Position numbers and translations under genes: made by a program. Below, in pieces: positions 10,263-19,597 of a stretch of DNA of 64,000 nt. Each line of letters starts with the position of its first letter. The first letter of the stretch is position 1. Origin of the DNA: an uncultured Thermoplasmata archaeon. GTDB taxonomy: Archaea > Thermoplasmatota > Thermoplasmata > UBA10834. A model generated the notes under the pieces. That model saw nothing but the letters and a program-made list of their open reading frames with translations, ran no database searches and was not told the DNA's origin. Where the stretch lies: NCBI GenBank assembly GCA_963719945.1, contig CAVRDX010000004.1, positions 160,001-224,000 on the forward strand. The letters are read 5' to 3'.

Positions 10263-10790
10263 CTAGTCCTTGGCCTTCTGAAGCGTGAGCTCGAGATATG
10301 TCAGTGGCTCAAGCACCGATAGTGCCAGTTCGGACCGGAGTTGCTCTATCAATCTCTCCGCCCTCTTTGGCTCCTCGGTGATGAGCTCGAGCTCCACATA
10401 CTCCCCGAGCCCCTCGACATCGTCCACGGCGATCCTTATCTTGTCATAGATGTAGTTCACTCGCTTCTTGGTGATGATCATGAATTCTGCGAACCCGAGC
10501 CTTTCCACGATTCTCTGCATCTCGAGGGGGTTCTCCATCTTCATGGTGATCTCCTCCCTCGCCTTGCTGTGCTGCATATGCATCCTCGGGCCCTTGTACG
10601 TCAGTTCAGCGCACTCTCCAGTCTTCCGCAATCTGAGTGCTTCATCCGTCTTGCCGAAGTCCCTGACTGGGTGGCGATAGTAGATGTCCTCCATCTGCTC
10701 CTCGGAGATCCTGACCGCCCCGATCCTCTGAAGGGTCTTCTCTATCTTGTCATTGCCTGGTGACAAGTACTTGCTCTCTACTTCCAACAC
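10263..10790 (-). CDS. cyaB: CYTH-family class IV adenylate cyclase / triphosphate tunnel metalloenzyme
   Basis: ExExK (EVESK), DIYY, ALRLR, LTYKG, REE, KKR, DDVEGLGEYVELE, YLEL; GTG start inferred (ATG 10862 possible). Confidence 0.88.
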   Translation of the reverse strand: MLEVESKYLSPGNDKIEKTLQRIGAVRISEEQMEDIYYRHPVRDFGKTDEALRLRKTGECAELTYKGPRMHMQHSKAREEITMKMENPLEMQRIVERLGFAEFMIITKKRVNYIYDKIRIAVDDVEGLGEYVELELITEEPKRAERLIEQLRSELALSVLEPLTYLELTLQKAKD

Positions 10791-10926
10791 GACCCCTGAT
10801 ATCTTCTGGTGGTAGATTAACCTCTCCAGGAGTGAACGAAGCGTGTCATCGAGAGCTGGCATGGTCAACCAAAAGATATAAGTCCCGATGCAATGATAGA
10901 TGGGACCCCCGGTGTAGGTGAATATT

Positions 10927-11334
10927 ATGGAGCAACCAGACCGCGCTATAAAGATGCGTAAGGAGGAGCTCGTAGAGATCAAGCGACTTTACGAAACAGT
11001 CATGACTTTTGCATCCCACGGAATGTTCTACAGGAGCGGAAGGATAATGGGCAATCGCCTCGTCAAGACGACAGGCACTGACTTGGGCAGGATCCGAGAA
11101 ATCCTGATCAAGGAAGGTTGGGTGACCGACATCGTCTTTGAAGGTGATACCGTGTCCGCATCTGGCTCAATCGAGGTCCATAACTCCGACGTGCCTACCT
11201 GCCATATGCTAAGAGGCATACTTGCGAAGGTGTTCGAGGATCGTACAGGCAAGGATGTGTATTGCCACGAGAGGAAGTGCGTTTCAAAGGGAGACGAGAA
11301 ATGCGTCTTCATCATCGATACGGAGGTGATGTAG
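10927..11334 (+). CDS. V4R ligand-binding domain protein
   Basis: PTCHMLRGIL...HERKCVSKGDEKCVF three-Cys V4R signature; GTG 10918 is an alternative start. Confidence 0.85.
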   Translation: MEQPDRAIKMRKEELVEIKRLYETVMTFASHGMFYRSGRIMGNRLVKTTGTDLGRIREILIKEGWVTDIVFEGDTVSASGSIEVHNSDVPTCHMLRGILAKVFEDRTGKDVYCHERKCVSKGDEKCVFIIDTEVM

Positions 11335-12009
11335 GTGTCCAGGAAGACCTCTGGGATACCGGGTCTGGATGGGATGCTCCAGGGAGGCTTCCCGTTCCCA
11401 TCTGCAGTGCTCGTCGCTGGAGAGCCAGGTACCGGCAAGACCACACTAGCCGTTCAGAGCCTGTTCCACGGTGCTCGCGAGGGTGAGAAGGGTCTGTACA
11501 TAACCGCGATATCAGAACCACAATGGCTGGTGCAGAAGTTCCTTTCATCGTTCTCCTTCTACGACCAGCAACTGGTCGAGAAAGGTATCGTCAACTTCAT
11601 CGATATCGGGCCGACTCTCACGAAGAACCCGAGCGATATGTTGGGTACCATCAAGAAGCAGATCGAACTGCACCATCCAGCCAGGATAGTGATCGACCCT
11701 ATCACTCCGATGACCGACATGCTGCAATGGCGAGGGGAGACGAGGGAGTTCATGCACGAGCTGTTCGCATATCTGAAGGCGTTCGAATCGCTCGCGATCA
11801 TCACCGCAGAGCTGTCCTATGAAGACATCTCCCACAGCCAGGAATCTTACATGGTCGACGGGGTCGTGATGCTCTCCTATCCCGAGGAAGAGAAGGTCCG
11901 ACGGAAATTCCTCGAAGTCTTGAAGATGAGAGGGACCAAGCACACGACCGGGAGACAGTTGATCGACATCACCGATGAGGGATTGGCGGTCCAGGCAGGT
12001 CTGAGGTAA
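11335..12009 (+). CDS. Single-domain KaiC-like (RAD55/RecA superfamily) ATPase
   Basis: SGIPGLDGML.GG, Walker A GEPGTGKT, RIVIDPI, VDGVVML, EVLKMRGT.H. Confidence 0.92.
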   Translation: MSRKTSGIPGLDGMLQGGFPFPSAVLVAGEPGTGKTTLAVQSLFHGAREGEKGLYITAISEPQWLVQKFLSSFSFYDQQLVEKGIVNFIDIGPTLTKNPSDMLGTIKKQIELHHPARIVIDPITPMTDMLQWRGETREFMHELFAYLKAFESLAIITAELSYEDISHSQESYMVDGVVMLSYPEEEKVRRKFLEVLKMRGTKHTTGRQLIDITDEGLAVQAGLR

Positions 12010-12017
12010 GTCATTTC

Positions 12018-12527
12018 ATGAGCGGCGGATATGGCCCTGCTCTCATCAACGGGAACTCGTACCTGTTCACGAAGAAGGGCGTCGAACAGGCCTACGAAGC
12101 CATGAAGAAGATGCTCGCTGAGGGCAGGCGTGGACTTGTGATTACCCGCACCCATCCAAGTCGGGTGCAGCAGCTGTACGGCTTGGGTTGCCCCATCATG
12201 TGGATCGCCAAGAACATCAAGGCAAACACGACCACCAGTGGTGTGATAAACCTCGAGCCGACCAGATTGATGAAGATCCACAGCACTATCTCGGATTTCA
12301 TAAAGGCGAACCCAGGAGCGACAGTCCTCCTCGACGGCCTCGAGTACCTGATAACTGAGAACGGTTTCTCGACCGTCATGAAGGCGATACAACTCACGAA
12401 CGAAGAGGTGGCGATGTCCGGGGCACTCCTTCTCGTGCCAGTCGACCCGAGGACTCTGGAGACGCAACAGTTGGGATACCTCGAGCGCGAGTTCTCGCTG
12501 CCAGAGGACAATAACAGGAACCGATGA
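12018..12527 (+). CDS. Stand-alone DUF835 domain protein
   Basis: GLVITRTHP, IMW, EPTRL, VLLDGLEYLI.ENGF, LEREF. Confidence 0.88.
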   Translation: MSGGYGPALINGNSYLFTKKGVEQAYEAMKKMLAEGRRGLVITRTHPSRVQQLYGLGCPIMWIAKNIKANTTTSGVINLEPTRLMKIHSTISDFIKANPGATVLLDGLEYLITENGFSTVMKAIQLTNEEVAMSGALLLVPVDPRTLETQQLGYLEREFSLPEDNNRNR

Positions 12528-12571
12528 ATCAGTCCAAGCGATTTTCTAGTCGGATGTCACTCCCATGCTCG

Positions 12572-13102
12572 ATGTCTGAGGTAAAAGGCTTGGGCAAGGT
12601 CCACGTCATCACTGGACCTGGCAAGGGCAAGACGACCGCAGCTTTCGGACTAGCCATGCGTGCAGCTGGCCACGGCATCCGAGTCGGCATCGTGCAGTTC
12701 ATGAAGGCCGACGGCAGCGGAGAGGTCATCTCTGCTAGACATCTTGAGAACATCGAGGTAGTACAGTTCGGGACTGGCAATTTCATCGACCCTGGCCACG
12801 CTCGCGAACACGACACCGCGAAGGCAGTCGAGGGCTTGCGACAGGCCGAGAAATTCTTGACGTCAGGTGATTATGGTCTCGTGGTCCTTGATGAGATAAG
12901 CGTCGCGGTCGACTTCGGATTGATTAGTGCGGATGATGTGCTAGCCGCAATCCGATCGAGGAAAGGTGGTGTCGAGGTAATCCTGACGGGCAGGAACGTG
13001 CCGAAGTCCTTCGTGTCTGAAGCAGACTATGTCTCATTCATCCAAAGCGTCAAACATCCGTTCGATAAAGGTTGCGAGGCCAGACGGGGAATAGAATGGT
13101 AG
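12572..13102 (+). CDS. cobO: ATP:cob(I)alamin adenosyltransferase (CobO/BtuR type)
   Basis: TGPGKGKTTAAFG, VQFMK, VVLDEI, ILTGR, KHPF..G..ARRGIEW. Confidence 0.92.
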   Translation: MSEVKGLGKVHVITGPGKGKTTAAFGLAMRAAGHGIRVGIVQFMKADGSGEVISARHLENIEVVQFGTGNFIDPGHAREHDTAKAVEGLRQAEKFLTSGDYGLVVLDEISVAVDFGLISADDVLAAIRSRKGGVEVILTGRNVPKSFVSEADYVSFIQSVKHPFDKGCEARRGIEW

Positions 13103-13105
13103 CGG

Positions 13106-14239
13106 TCATCCTTCTTTATCTTTGAGAAACAGAAGATATCGTATCTCCTCTGTCGTGAAGACCGTGTTCTTCTTGAGCCCTTCATAATCGTCATCAGCGA
13201 GCATCCTCAGGATCATGGGCTGACCATGGCTCATCATCAATATCCTCCTGAACGCGTCCTTCTCTATCTTCTCGTTGCCCAAGAGTCTCCTGGCGCTCTC
13301 CTCATCGAGTCCTTTGACCCTGATCACCCTGACGGTCTCGTCATCGACATGCTTCTTGTGATAGAACCAATTGTACGCCGGCGTCTCCTCCCTCGCAGTC
13401 ACTATGATCTTCGTCCTCCCGTCGGATTCGATCATGGTCGTGAGGAATTCGACGATTTCATCAGCAACTGTGAAGAAATCGTCAAAGATCATGACGCTCT
13501 CCTCCAGATCAAGGGCACAGTCATCCTCTGTTGATTGCCCCGTCACCTTCTCGGCGAATCCACGCAGCCTGGTACGGATCTCTTCGAGAGAGGTCAGAGA
13601 ATCCAGAGGGATCCATAACGCATTGGTTTCGTCATGGGTCTGTATCAGCCTTCTTGCTATCGTGGATGTACCGGAACCGCGATTGCCCAAGATGATCATT
13701 GCTCGCGAATCTGACCTGAGGAAATCTTCCACGCTCCTGAGCTCTTCATCTCGTCCATAGAACTCTACAGGCTCAGGGGAATCGTCTATCATCCTGACGA
13801 TCTCGGCCTGCTTCTTTCCTATGTCGACGACCCCGTCTTTTATGCGTGATACCATGGCAAGAGCCTTCTTCTTGCCCACGAGCTCCTCGATCTGAGCACC
13901 TGTCATGGATTCTGCATGATCCCCGCTCTGGACATTGAGGGAGAAATTCGAGATATCCTTCCAGAGCTCCGAGGCGGTCTTGACCCCTTCAGCGGTCACC
14001 GCATAAACGCTCATCCTTCTCTCATGACCCGTGACTCGAGCCCTCGACTCATCGACAAGACCCTGCTTCATTAGACCCTTGACCGCCCTTGGGACATGGG
14101 TTCGTGATATGCCGATGGCCGCTGCTATTCCTGCTTGAGTGCACTCCGATGGGAATTCCGCGGGTGGTACATCGGCAGCGAACCTGAGCAGGTGTAGAAG
14201 CACCCTATCATTGACGCTGAGCTGGCCAGCTTCAGACAT
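13106..14239 (-). CDS. wHTH + truncated STAND/NB-ARC-like NTPase, putative regulator
   Basis: TQAGIA..IGISRTHV HTH; FYGRDEEL, GNRGSGTST, MIFDDF, IIVTARE, SHGQP. Confidence 0.8.
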   Translation of the reverse strand: MSEAGQLSVNDRVLLHLLRFAADVPPAEFPSECTQAGIAAAIGISRTHVPRAVKGLMKQGLVDESRARVTGHERRMSVYAVTAEGVKTASELWKDISNFSLNVQSGDHAESMTGAQIEELVGKKKALAMVSRIKDGVVDIGKKQAEIVRMIDDSPEPVEFYGRDEELRSVEDFLRSDSRAMIILGNRGSGTSTIARRLIQTHDETNALWIPLDSLTSLEEIRTRLRGFAEKVTGQSTEDDCALDLEESVMIFDDFFTVADEIVEFLTTMIESDGRTKIIVTAREETPAYNWFYHKKHVDDETVRVIRVKGLDEESARRLLGNEKIEKDAFRRILMMSHGQPMILRMLADDDYEGLKKNTVFTTEEIRYLLFLKDKEG

Positions 14240-14318
14240 CAATCCGCGAAATACCCCTGAGCTTATATAACCGTGCGGTCTCGGCAATCACCCGGCACAC
14301 GGGGACTGACCTCCCATA

Positions 14319-14352
14319 AGGTAATTGGTAATGACCTCAACACGTTTATATA
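14319..14352 (+). promoter_or_regulatory. Imperfect inverted repeat followed by TATA box upstream of the giant pilin gene
   Basis: AGGTAATT-ggt-AATGACCT (14319-14337), then TTTATATA (14345-14352). Confidence 0.45.
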
Positions 14353-14413
14353 CGCACTTATACGTTTGAAACCTTAGCTGGCAGGGCACTCCATCTCCCC
14401 GGAGGATGCATCG

Positions 14414-17400
14414 ATGAGTCATAAACTATTCAAGAAAAAGACCTGGTCTGATGAAAGCGGCGTTTCCGAAATTATCGGCAATATACTCATTCTAATGATA
14501 ACTGTGGTTTTGTTCAGCTCGATCATGGCATTCGTGAATCAGATGCCCATGCCAGAATTGGCCACGAAGACCGATTTCGTCGGGAGCGTTTCGTTCGATG
14601 CATCGGGAACGGAAGCGACCGTCACCCTCACTCACTCCGGAGGTGCAGTACTTCCTGCCACTGACACGACCGTTTTCATACTCATCGATGATGTAAGTTA
14701 CACATACAAACTCTCTGAGGATATAGGTTTCTCTCACGATAATTGGGTCACTGGTCTCGAGTGGACCAAGACCTTCACCGACACTTCATATTCAAGCATT
14801 ATAACCGCGACAGTCATCGACAATATCAAGCACTCTGCCGTCTGGGTCAGCCAGCTCAGCGGAGGGATGGGTGGCGGACCGCCGACCATCCTCCAGAGAT
14901 ATGTCGATTCCAATGTGAACACCCCGACTGCGGATTATGTCAAGGAAGGGGATGATTTCTCTCTATTCGTCAAGGTCGTAGACCTTGATGGCGATCTAGA
15001 CACTACCAAGACTGGTGTCTGGGTCGATGCGAGCAGTATAGGCGTCCTCGCTCCTGATGAGTATGATGAGTCAAGCGGAGGTTGGTTCCGATGGGATTAT
15101 GTCGACAAGGTCACCGACTCAGAAGATGTCGATGGTAAGGTTCTCATAATCCATGCCATGGATCTCGCGGGTCACGAATCCATATCGAATTTCAGAATCT
15201 CTGTTGTTGTGCTGCCTACTAATACTGTAGTCAACAACCAGGACACCGAAACTGGCGAAGGCGGTCTGCCATCATACCTCTCATTCACATCACCGATGCT
15301 AGGCGCGGGCTACGGTATCTATGGTGAGAACATATCTGTATATGGGCCCACTGGGAAGGCCAATATCAACGACGCAAGGACAATCTTCAACAAGGACGAG
15401 CGGATATTCGTCCGCGTCGGAAGCACCCAGATGACCAACATCCTGGGCAGGAACGAGTTGACTCTTACGGATACCCGAACCGGCCTCACTTACGAACCGA
15501 CCTACTTCAACGAGAGTGCCGCCACACCCGGTGCCCCATTCTATGTCTTCGGATCGTCAGGAGCAGCACAAATATATCAGGCCAAGTTCAACACATCTGG
15601 CCTGCCACCGAGCGCATACAACATGAATATCTATCTCAGGAGTGCAGGCACTAGTGAGGTCGTATTCCAGGCGGATATAACGCTCATAGTCCAGCAGGCT
15701 GGCTCTCCGATCACATTCATTCCACGAATCTATCTGTACTCCGATGTAACAATGACCACGCCCTTCGGTACGAAAGAGAATCCATACGAGGTCAACGGTG
15801 ACACGCATACCATTTACGCTGCCGTGAATGTGCAGGATGCCCAGAGCACCACCCCGCCATCGCCATACCCTGTAGTTGGCGAGATTAGGATAGAGGACCT
15901 GACTGGTGGTGCGGAGATCTATGGGACCCCGCCTGCCGGTGCGATGATCAGCAACTTCGTGCATGACGATACCAACTTGAGCAACGAGAGATACAGTTTC
16001 ACTATCGACCTGAGGATCAACAACGCTGATCAATGGCTCTCTGGGAAGAACACATACACCCTTCGCATATCCAGCTTCAGTGACCTTAATGAAGGAGTCT
16101 ATAGCCTCGCCAAACAAGTCTATATTAAGGCAAGTGTGAGCAAGATGGACTTCTTCACTGCGACGAACGGGATATATTCGACTAGGGGTGGAAGTACAAA
16201 CTTCATCAACCCTGAGTATGTGTATCACATCGAGAACAACAACTTCTTCACGACCAGGGTGCTGTATGACCAGTCGAATTCTCCAAGTGCCGCAGCGATG
16301 TACTACATGACTGCGATGGCCGTGGGAGATCTCGACGGTGACGCCGATGACGACCTCATAGCAGCCAAGTTCAAGCCATCTGGATCAGGCTACGTCGCAG
16401 AGGGACATTTGCTGTACTTCGAGAATTCGATGAACACTTACGGTACCTGGCAATCTCCATCGTACATCACTAGGGCAAGTACGGATGATACGACTATCCT
16501 AATCGAATGGATCGCTACTGGAGATACTAATGGTGATGGTGACATCGACATCGTATATTCAACAGCAGCACACAAATTGTTCATCTACAACAACACATAT
16601 GGCGCAGCCGCGGTGCAATTCACGAGTGGAAGTGGCACGGGTGGTGCATACCTCTCAACTAACGATGGCATCAGGAAACTGGATCTAGAGGACATGAACG
16701 ATGACGGCGCCGACGACCTCATTGTACTCGCGAACGGACTGGTGTATGTCTACGATATCAAGAATTGGAAGACTACTCCAATCGCCACAATTGGATTCAC
16801 CCCCTCGAATTCGAATATCGAGGACTTCGATGTTGCGGATGTCAATGGTGACGGGATGTATGATATCCTGACTGCGGACCCGAACACAGGCTCTCATGAC
16901 TCTATCGATGGTGTGTGGGTGAATTACTACAAAGAATCTGCATCCCCAAAGGTGAGGATTCCGGATGACGGGTTCACCCCGGTCGTGCCATATGGGTCGA
17001 TTTCCCCTAGCACGATGACGACTTGCGTGGATAATATCGAAGTCAATGATAGTGCTTATACAACAATTCAGGAAAGCTTGGGCGGCAATGTATCCGCGAC
17101 ATTCAAAATCAAACCATTATCGACTGACAAAGACCAGATATTGCATGTGGTTGCCCGAACGGTCGGAGATGGCGAATCCTTCTACATCTGGTATTCGATT
17201 GATTCGACAAATGGCATAAATGGAAGATTCACCCCCGTGATCGTGGTGACAAATGGCACCACCACTTGGGTGAACTACACGTTCAAACTACCGTCCAATG
17301 TCGCGGGCCATACCTTGTTCATCCGGGTGACGGATTCGATGAACACATTCGGTACTATCCAGGATTCTCTGGAGGTGAACTATGTTGTGGTCCTTTCGGG

Positions 17401-17902
17401 TGTGTTCGGTTCCTACATGGACACTAGAGGGAAGATCGTGAATGTGGGAACAACGGTCGCATTGTCATATTCATGTGTCCGAGCGGCGAACATCAATTCC
17501 ACGACGAGCTACCTCGAGATCGTGGCAGCGAGAAACGGGAATTGGTCGACATTCTTTGCAACAACATCGACGGCGCCAAACCCGGGTCTATATGTGAGCG
17601 GCTGGAGTGTCACGAATGCGTACCTCTACATCTATGGCCCTGGCGCGTACATGGCATTAGTATCACCGGCACTGTTCACCGTCGCAGACGTTAACGGCGA
17701 TGGCTACTCTGATGTTGTGGCAAGCTTCACGCGTAGCGATATCGGCAGTTCCTCTCAGATCACGGTGGTCGGCGTGTACGTCAATATCGATAGTTACTGG
17801 TACATTCAGATCAAAGACCATTATGCTGGCTACCTATCGGGGACTGAGCAGGGATCGATGATCGCTTTGCTGGTAGCCGATGTCATGCACGAGAATTCCT
17901 AG
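14414..17902 (+). CDS. Large archaeal type IV pilin-like surface protein with FG-GAP/VCBS repeats
   Basis: Class III signal peptide ...DESG|VSEIIGNILILMITVVLF; repeats GDLDGDADDDL, GDTNGDGDIDI, EDMNDDGADDL, ADVNGDGMYDI, ADVNGDGYSDV. Confidence 0.88.
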   Translation: MSHKLFKKKTWSDESGVSEIIGNILILMITVVLFSSIMAFVNQMPMPELATKTDFVGSVSFDASGTEATVTLTHSGGAVLPATDTTVFILIDDVSYTYKLSEDIGFSHDNWVTGLEWTKTFTDTSYSSIITATVIDNIKHSAVWVSQLSGGMGGGPPTILQRYVDSNVNTPTADYVKEGDDFSLFVKVVDLDGDLDTTKTGVWVDASSIGVLAPDEYDESSGGWFRWDYVDKVTDSEDVDGKVLIIHAMDLAGHESISNFRISVVVLPTNTVVNNQDTETGEGGLPSYLSFTSPMLGAGYGIYGENISVYGPTGKANINDARTIFNKDERIFVRVGSTQMTNILGRNELTLTDTRTGLTYEPTYFNESAATPGAPFYVFGSSGAAQIYQAKFNTSGLPPSAYNMNIYLRSAGTSEVVFQADITLIVQQAGSPITFIPRIYLYSDVTMTTPFGTKENPYEVNGDTHTIYAAVNVQDAQSTTPPSPYPVVGEIRIEDLTGGAEIYGTPPAGAMISNFVHDDTNLSNERYSFTIDLRINNADQWLSGKNTYTLRISSFSDLNEGVYSLAKQVYIKASVSKMDFFTATNGIYSTRGGSTNFINPEYVYHIENNNFFTTRVLYDQSNSPSAAAMYYMTAMAVGDLDGDADDDLIAAKFKPSGSGYVAEGHLLYFENSMNTYGTWQSPSYITRASTDDTTILIEWIATGDTNGDGDIDIVYSTAAHKLFIYNNTYGAAAVQFTSGSGTGGAYLSTNDGIRKLDLEDMNDDGADDLIVLANGLVYVYDIKNWKTTPIATIGFTPSNSNIEDFDVADVNGDGMYDILTADPNTGSHDSIDGVWVNYYKESASPKVRIPDDGFTPVVPYGSISPSTMTTCVDNIEVNDSAYTTIQESLGGNVSATFKIKPLSTDKDQILHVVARTVGDGESFYIWYSIDSTNGINGRFTPVIVVTNGTTTWVNYTFKLPSNVAGHTLFIRVTDSMNTFGTIQDSLEVNYVVVLSGVFGSYMDTRGKIVNVGTTVALSYSCVRAANINSTTSYLEIVAARNGNWSTFFATTSTAPNPGLYVSGWSVTNAYLYIYGPGAYMALVSPALFTVADVNGDGYSDVVASFTRSDIGSSSQITVVGVYVNIDSYWYIQIKDHYAGYLSGTEQGSMIALLVADVMHENS

Positions 17903-17952
17903 GGAACAAAACGCTCTAAAACCCTTTCTACTCGTTGTTTTCGAGTGATCGC

Positions 17953-18579
17953 CTAGAGCGATCCCTTGATCTGCTCGCTGACCTCTTGAGCCCTCTCGAG
18001 CTCGACGACCGCAAGGAGTTCCTTCGAGTCGGCCGATGCATCCAGTATGCCCTTGGCTATGACTTCGACCCGCTTGCTCTCTATGAGTCTGAAACCCTGC
18101 ATGCCGTTTATCACGCGGTCCCAGAGCATCACGAACTCCTCAGGTGTCTCCGCATCGAAACTCCTGTGTCTGAGTACCCAGGTCCTCGTGGAATGCCTGA
18201 AGAGCGCGGAACCCGTGACGGCCGCACAATAAAGATCGGTGTAGCTGGTTTCATCCAGATCGACTGGTACGAGGGGTATGCCGAAATGGTCCGATAGTTC
18301 CACGGTCGCCACATAGCACGGTGGCGGTGCGGCGACCTCTCCATATCTGCCCAATCTGGTGACATATATCTCGTCATATCTCGAGAGTTCAGGCTCGTAG
18401 TCATCGGGCAGGTTCCTCAGACCTTCTATCTCTTCCTTCGAGAGTGAGATCGCCACCTTGTTCGGCTGCACCTTCTCGAAGGCATCCTTGACCTTGTCCG
18501 TCTCGGATTTCAGCCCTTTTATCACGGGAAGGATGTGGATTCTGTGGCCATTCGCATTTATGCTGATCATCGCTGTCAT
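17953..18579 (-). CDS. Hypothetical protein, TraB-like fold pattern
   Basis: Translationally coupled to the upstream regulator; V..AFEKVQPNKVAISL and LLAVVEL resemble TraB blocks. Confidence 0.75.
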   Translation of the reverse strand: MTAMISINANGHRIHILPVIKGLKSETDKVKDAFEKVQPNKVAISLSKEEIEGLRNLPDDYEPELSRYDEIYVTRLGRYGEVAAPPPCYVATVELSDHFGIPLVPVDLDETSYTDLYCAAVTGSALFRHSTRTWVLRHRSFDAETPEEFVMLWDRVINGMQGFRLIESKRVEVIAKGILDASADSKELLAVVELERAQEVSEQIKGSL

Positions 18580-19583
18580 TGCATCGGCCTCTTCTCTCTT
18601 TTGAGTATGAGTTCCATCAGGTCATCGGAATGATCCACCCTTCTGAGCTCATCCTTGGTCACAAGTGGCGTGCCATCGATCTCTTCGATGCTCGTGCGCT
18701 TCTGTATGATTATGACGCTTTTCCTCTCAGTGACCCTCGCGAGGTTCCCGACGACCTTCGCCTTCTTCTCGGTCATCCGCGGATCCTCTCCTATGCCGGT
18801 GAGCAGGAGCAGCTCCTCTTCGCTAGCCAGGGCGTCGAAGGGCGCCTTCTTGGTGGGGATGACTGAATAGCCTATCTCCCTCAACATCTCGAATATGTCT
18901 TTGTTATGTCCTTCGAAATCTTCCAGGACTTTGAGGTTCTCGGCGACCTCTGCGATGTACGTGAACGGATCGAGCGGTACAAGCAATGGCACGTCAAGGA
19001 ACTCTTCGATCTTTGACGCTATGTCCATCATCGCACCCATTCCCGATTCGTACATCTGGATGGCCTTCCTGGACACGCCCGCAGCCTCGGCCAAGGTCCC
19101 TAATGATATGGCCCTCTCCTGCCTGAGCTGCTTGAGCATCTCGCCATCGAGTCGGACATACAGCCCACCCGGGGCGGCGTATACCAATGGTGGTACACCT
19201 TCGAGCATGAATTCCGCGAAGGTGCCCTCGGACACGATGGGTACGCCGAATCTGGTGTAGAGGATGCCATCCTCCAGCTCTGCGGAGCTGGAGTGCAACC
19301 CTATCACCGCAGGACTCGCGTTGAGCAGTCTGCCCAGCACCTTGAGCTCCTCGGCGTCCTCTGATGATAATGAATCTATGTTGCACAGGGCCTTCACTAT
19401 CAGCAGCTGCTTGTCTCTGCGCGCGACCAGATCGAAGCTTATGCTCCTCAGATTGTGCGGGTTAGACACGTAGAATCCGCACTTCGCGAGCGTCTCCCTG
19501 GTACGCCTGATCAACTGCTCCCTGTCACTGGCGACGGATCTCCCGTGCCTGACAGGTTTGGTCCTGTGTTCCTGCAAATCCAT
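18576..19583 (-). CDS. Archaeal HTH transcriptional regulator (COG1395 type)
   Basis: SFDLVAR, NIDS, YAAPGGLYV, SLGTLA.AAGVSRKAIQMYE.GM, KAPFDA; start uncertain. Confidence 0.88.
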   Translation of the reverse strand: MDLQEHRTKPVRHGRSVASDREQLIRRTRETLAKCGFYVSNPHNLRSISFDLVARRDKQLLIVKALCNIDSLSSEDAEELKVLGRLLNASPAVIGLHSSSAELEDGILYTRFGVPIVSEGTFAEFMLEGVPPLVYAAPGGLYVRLDGEMLKQLRQERAISLGTLAEAAGVSRKAIQMYESGMGAMMDIASKIEEFLDVPLLVPLDPFTYIAEVAENLKVLEDFEGHNKDIFEMLREIGYSVIPTKKAPFDALASEEELLLLTGIGEDPRMTEKKAKVVGNLARVTERKSVIIIQKRTSIEEIDGTPLVTKDELRRVDHSDDLMELILKREKRPMQ

Positions 19584-19597
19584 CCCAAGCCTCTGTT

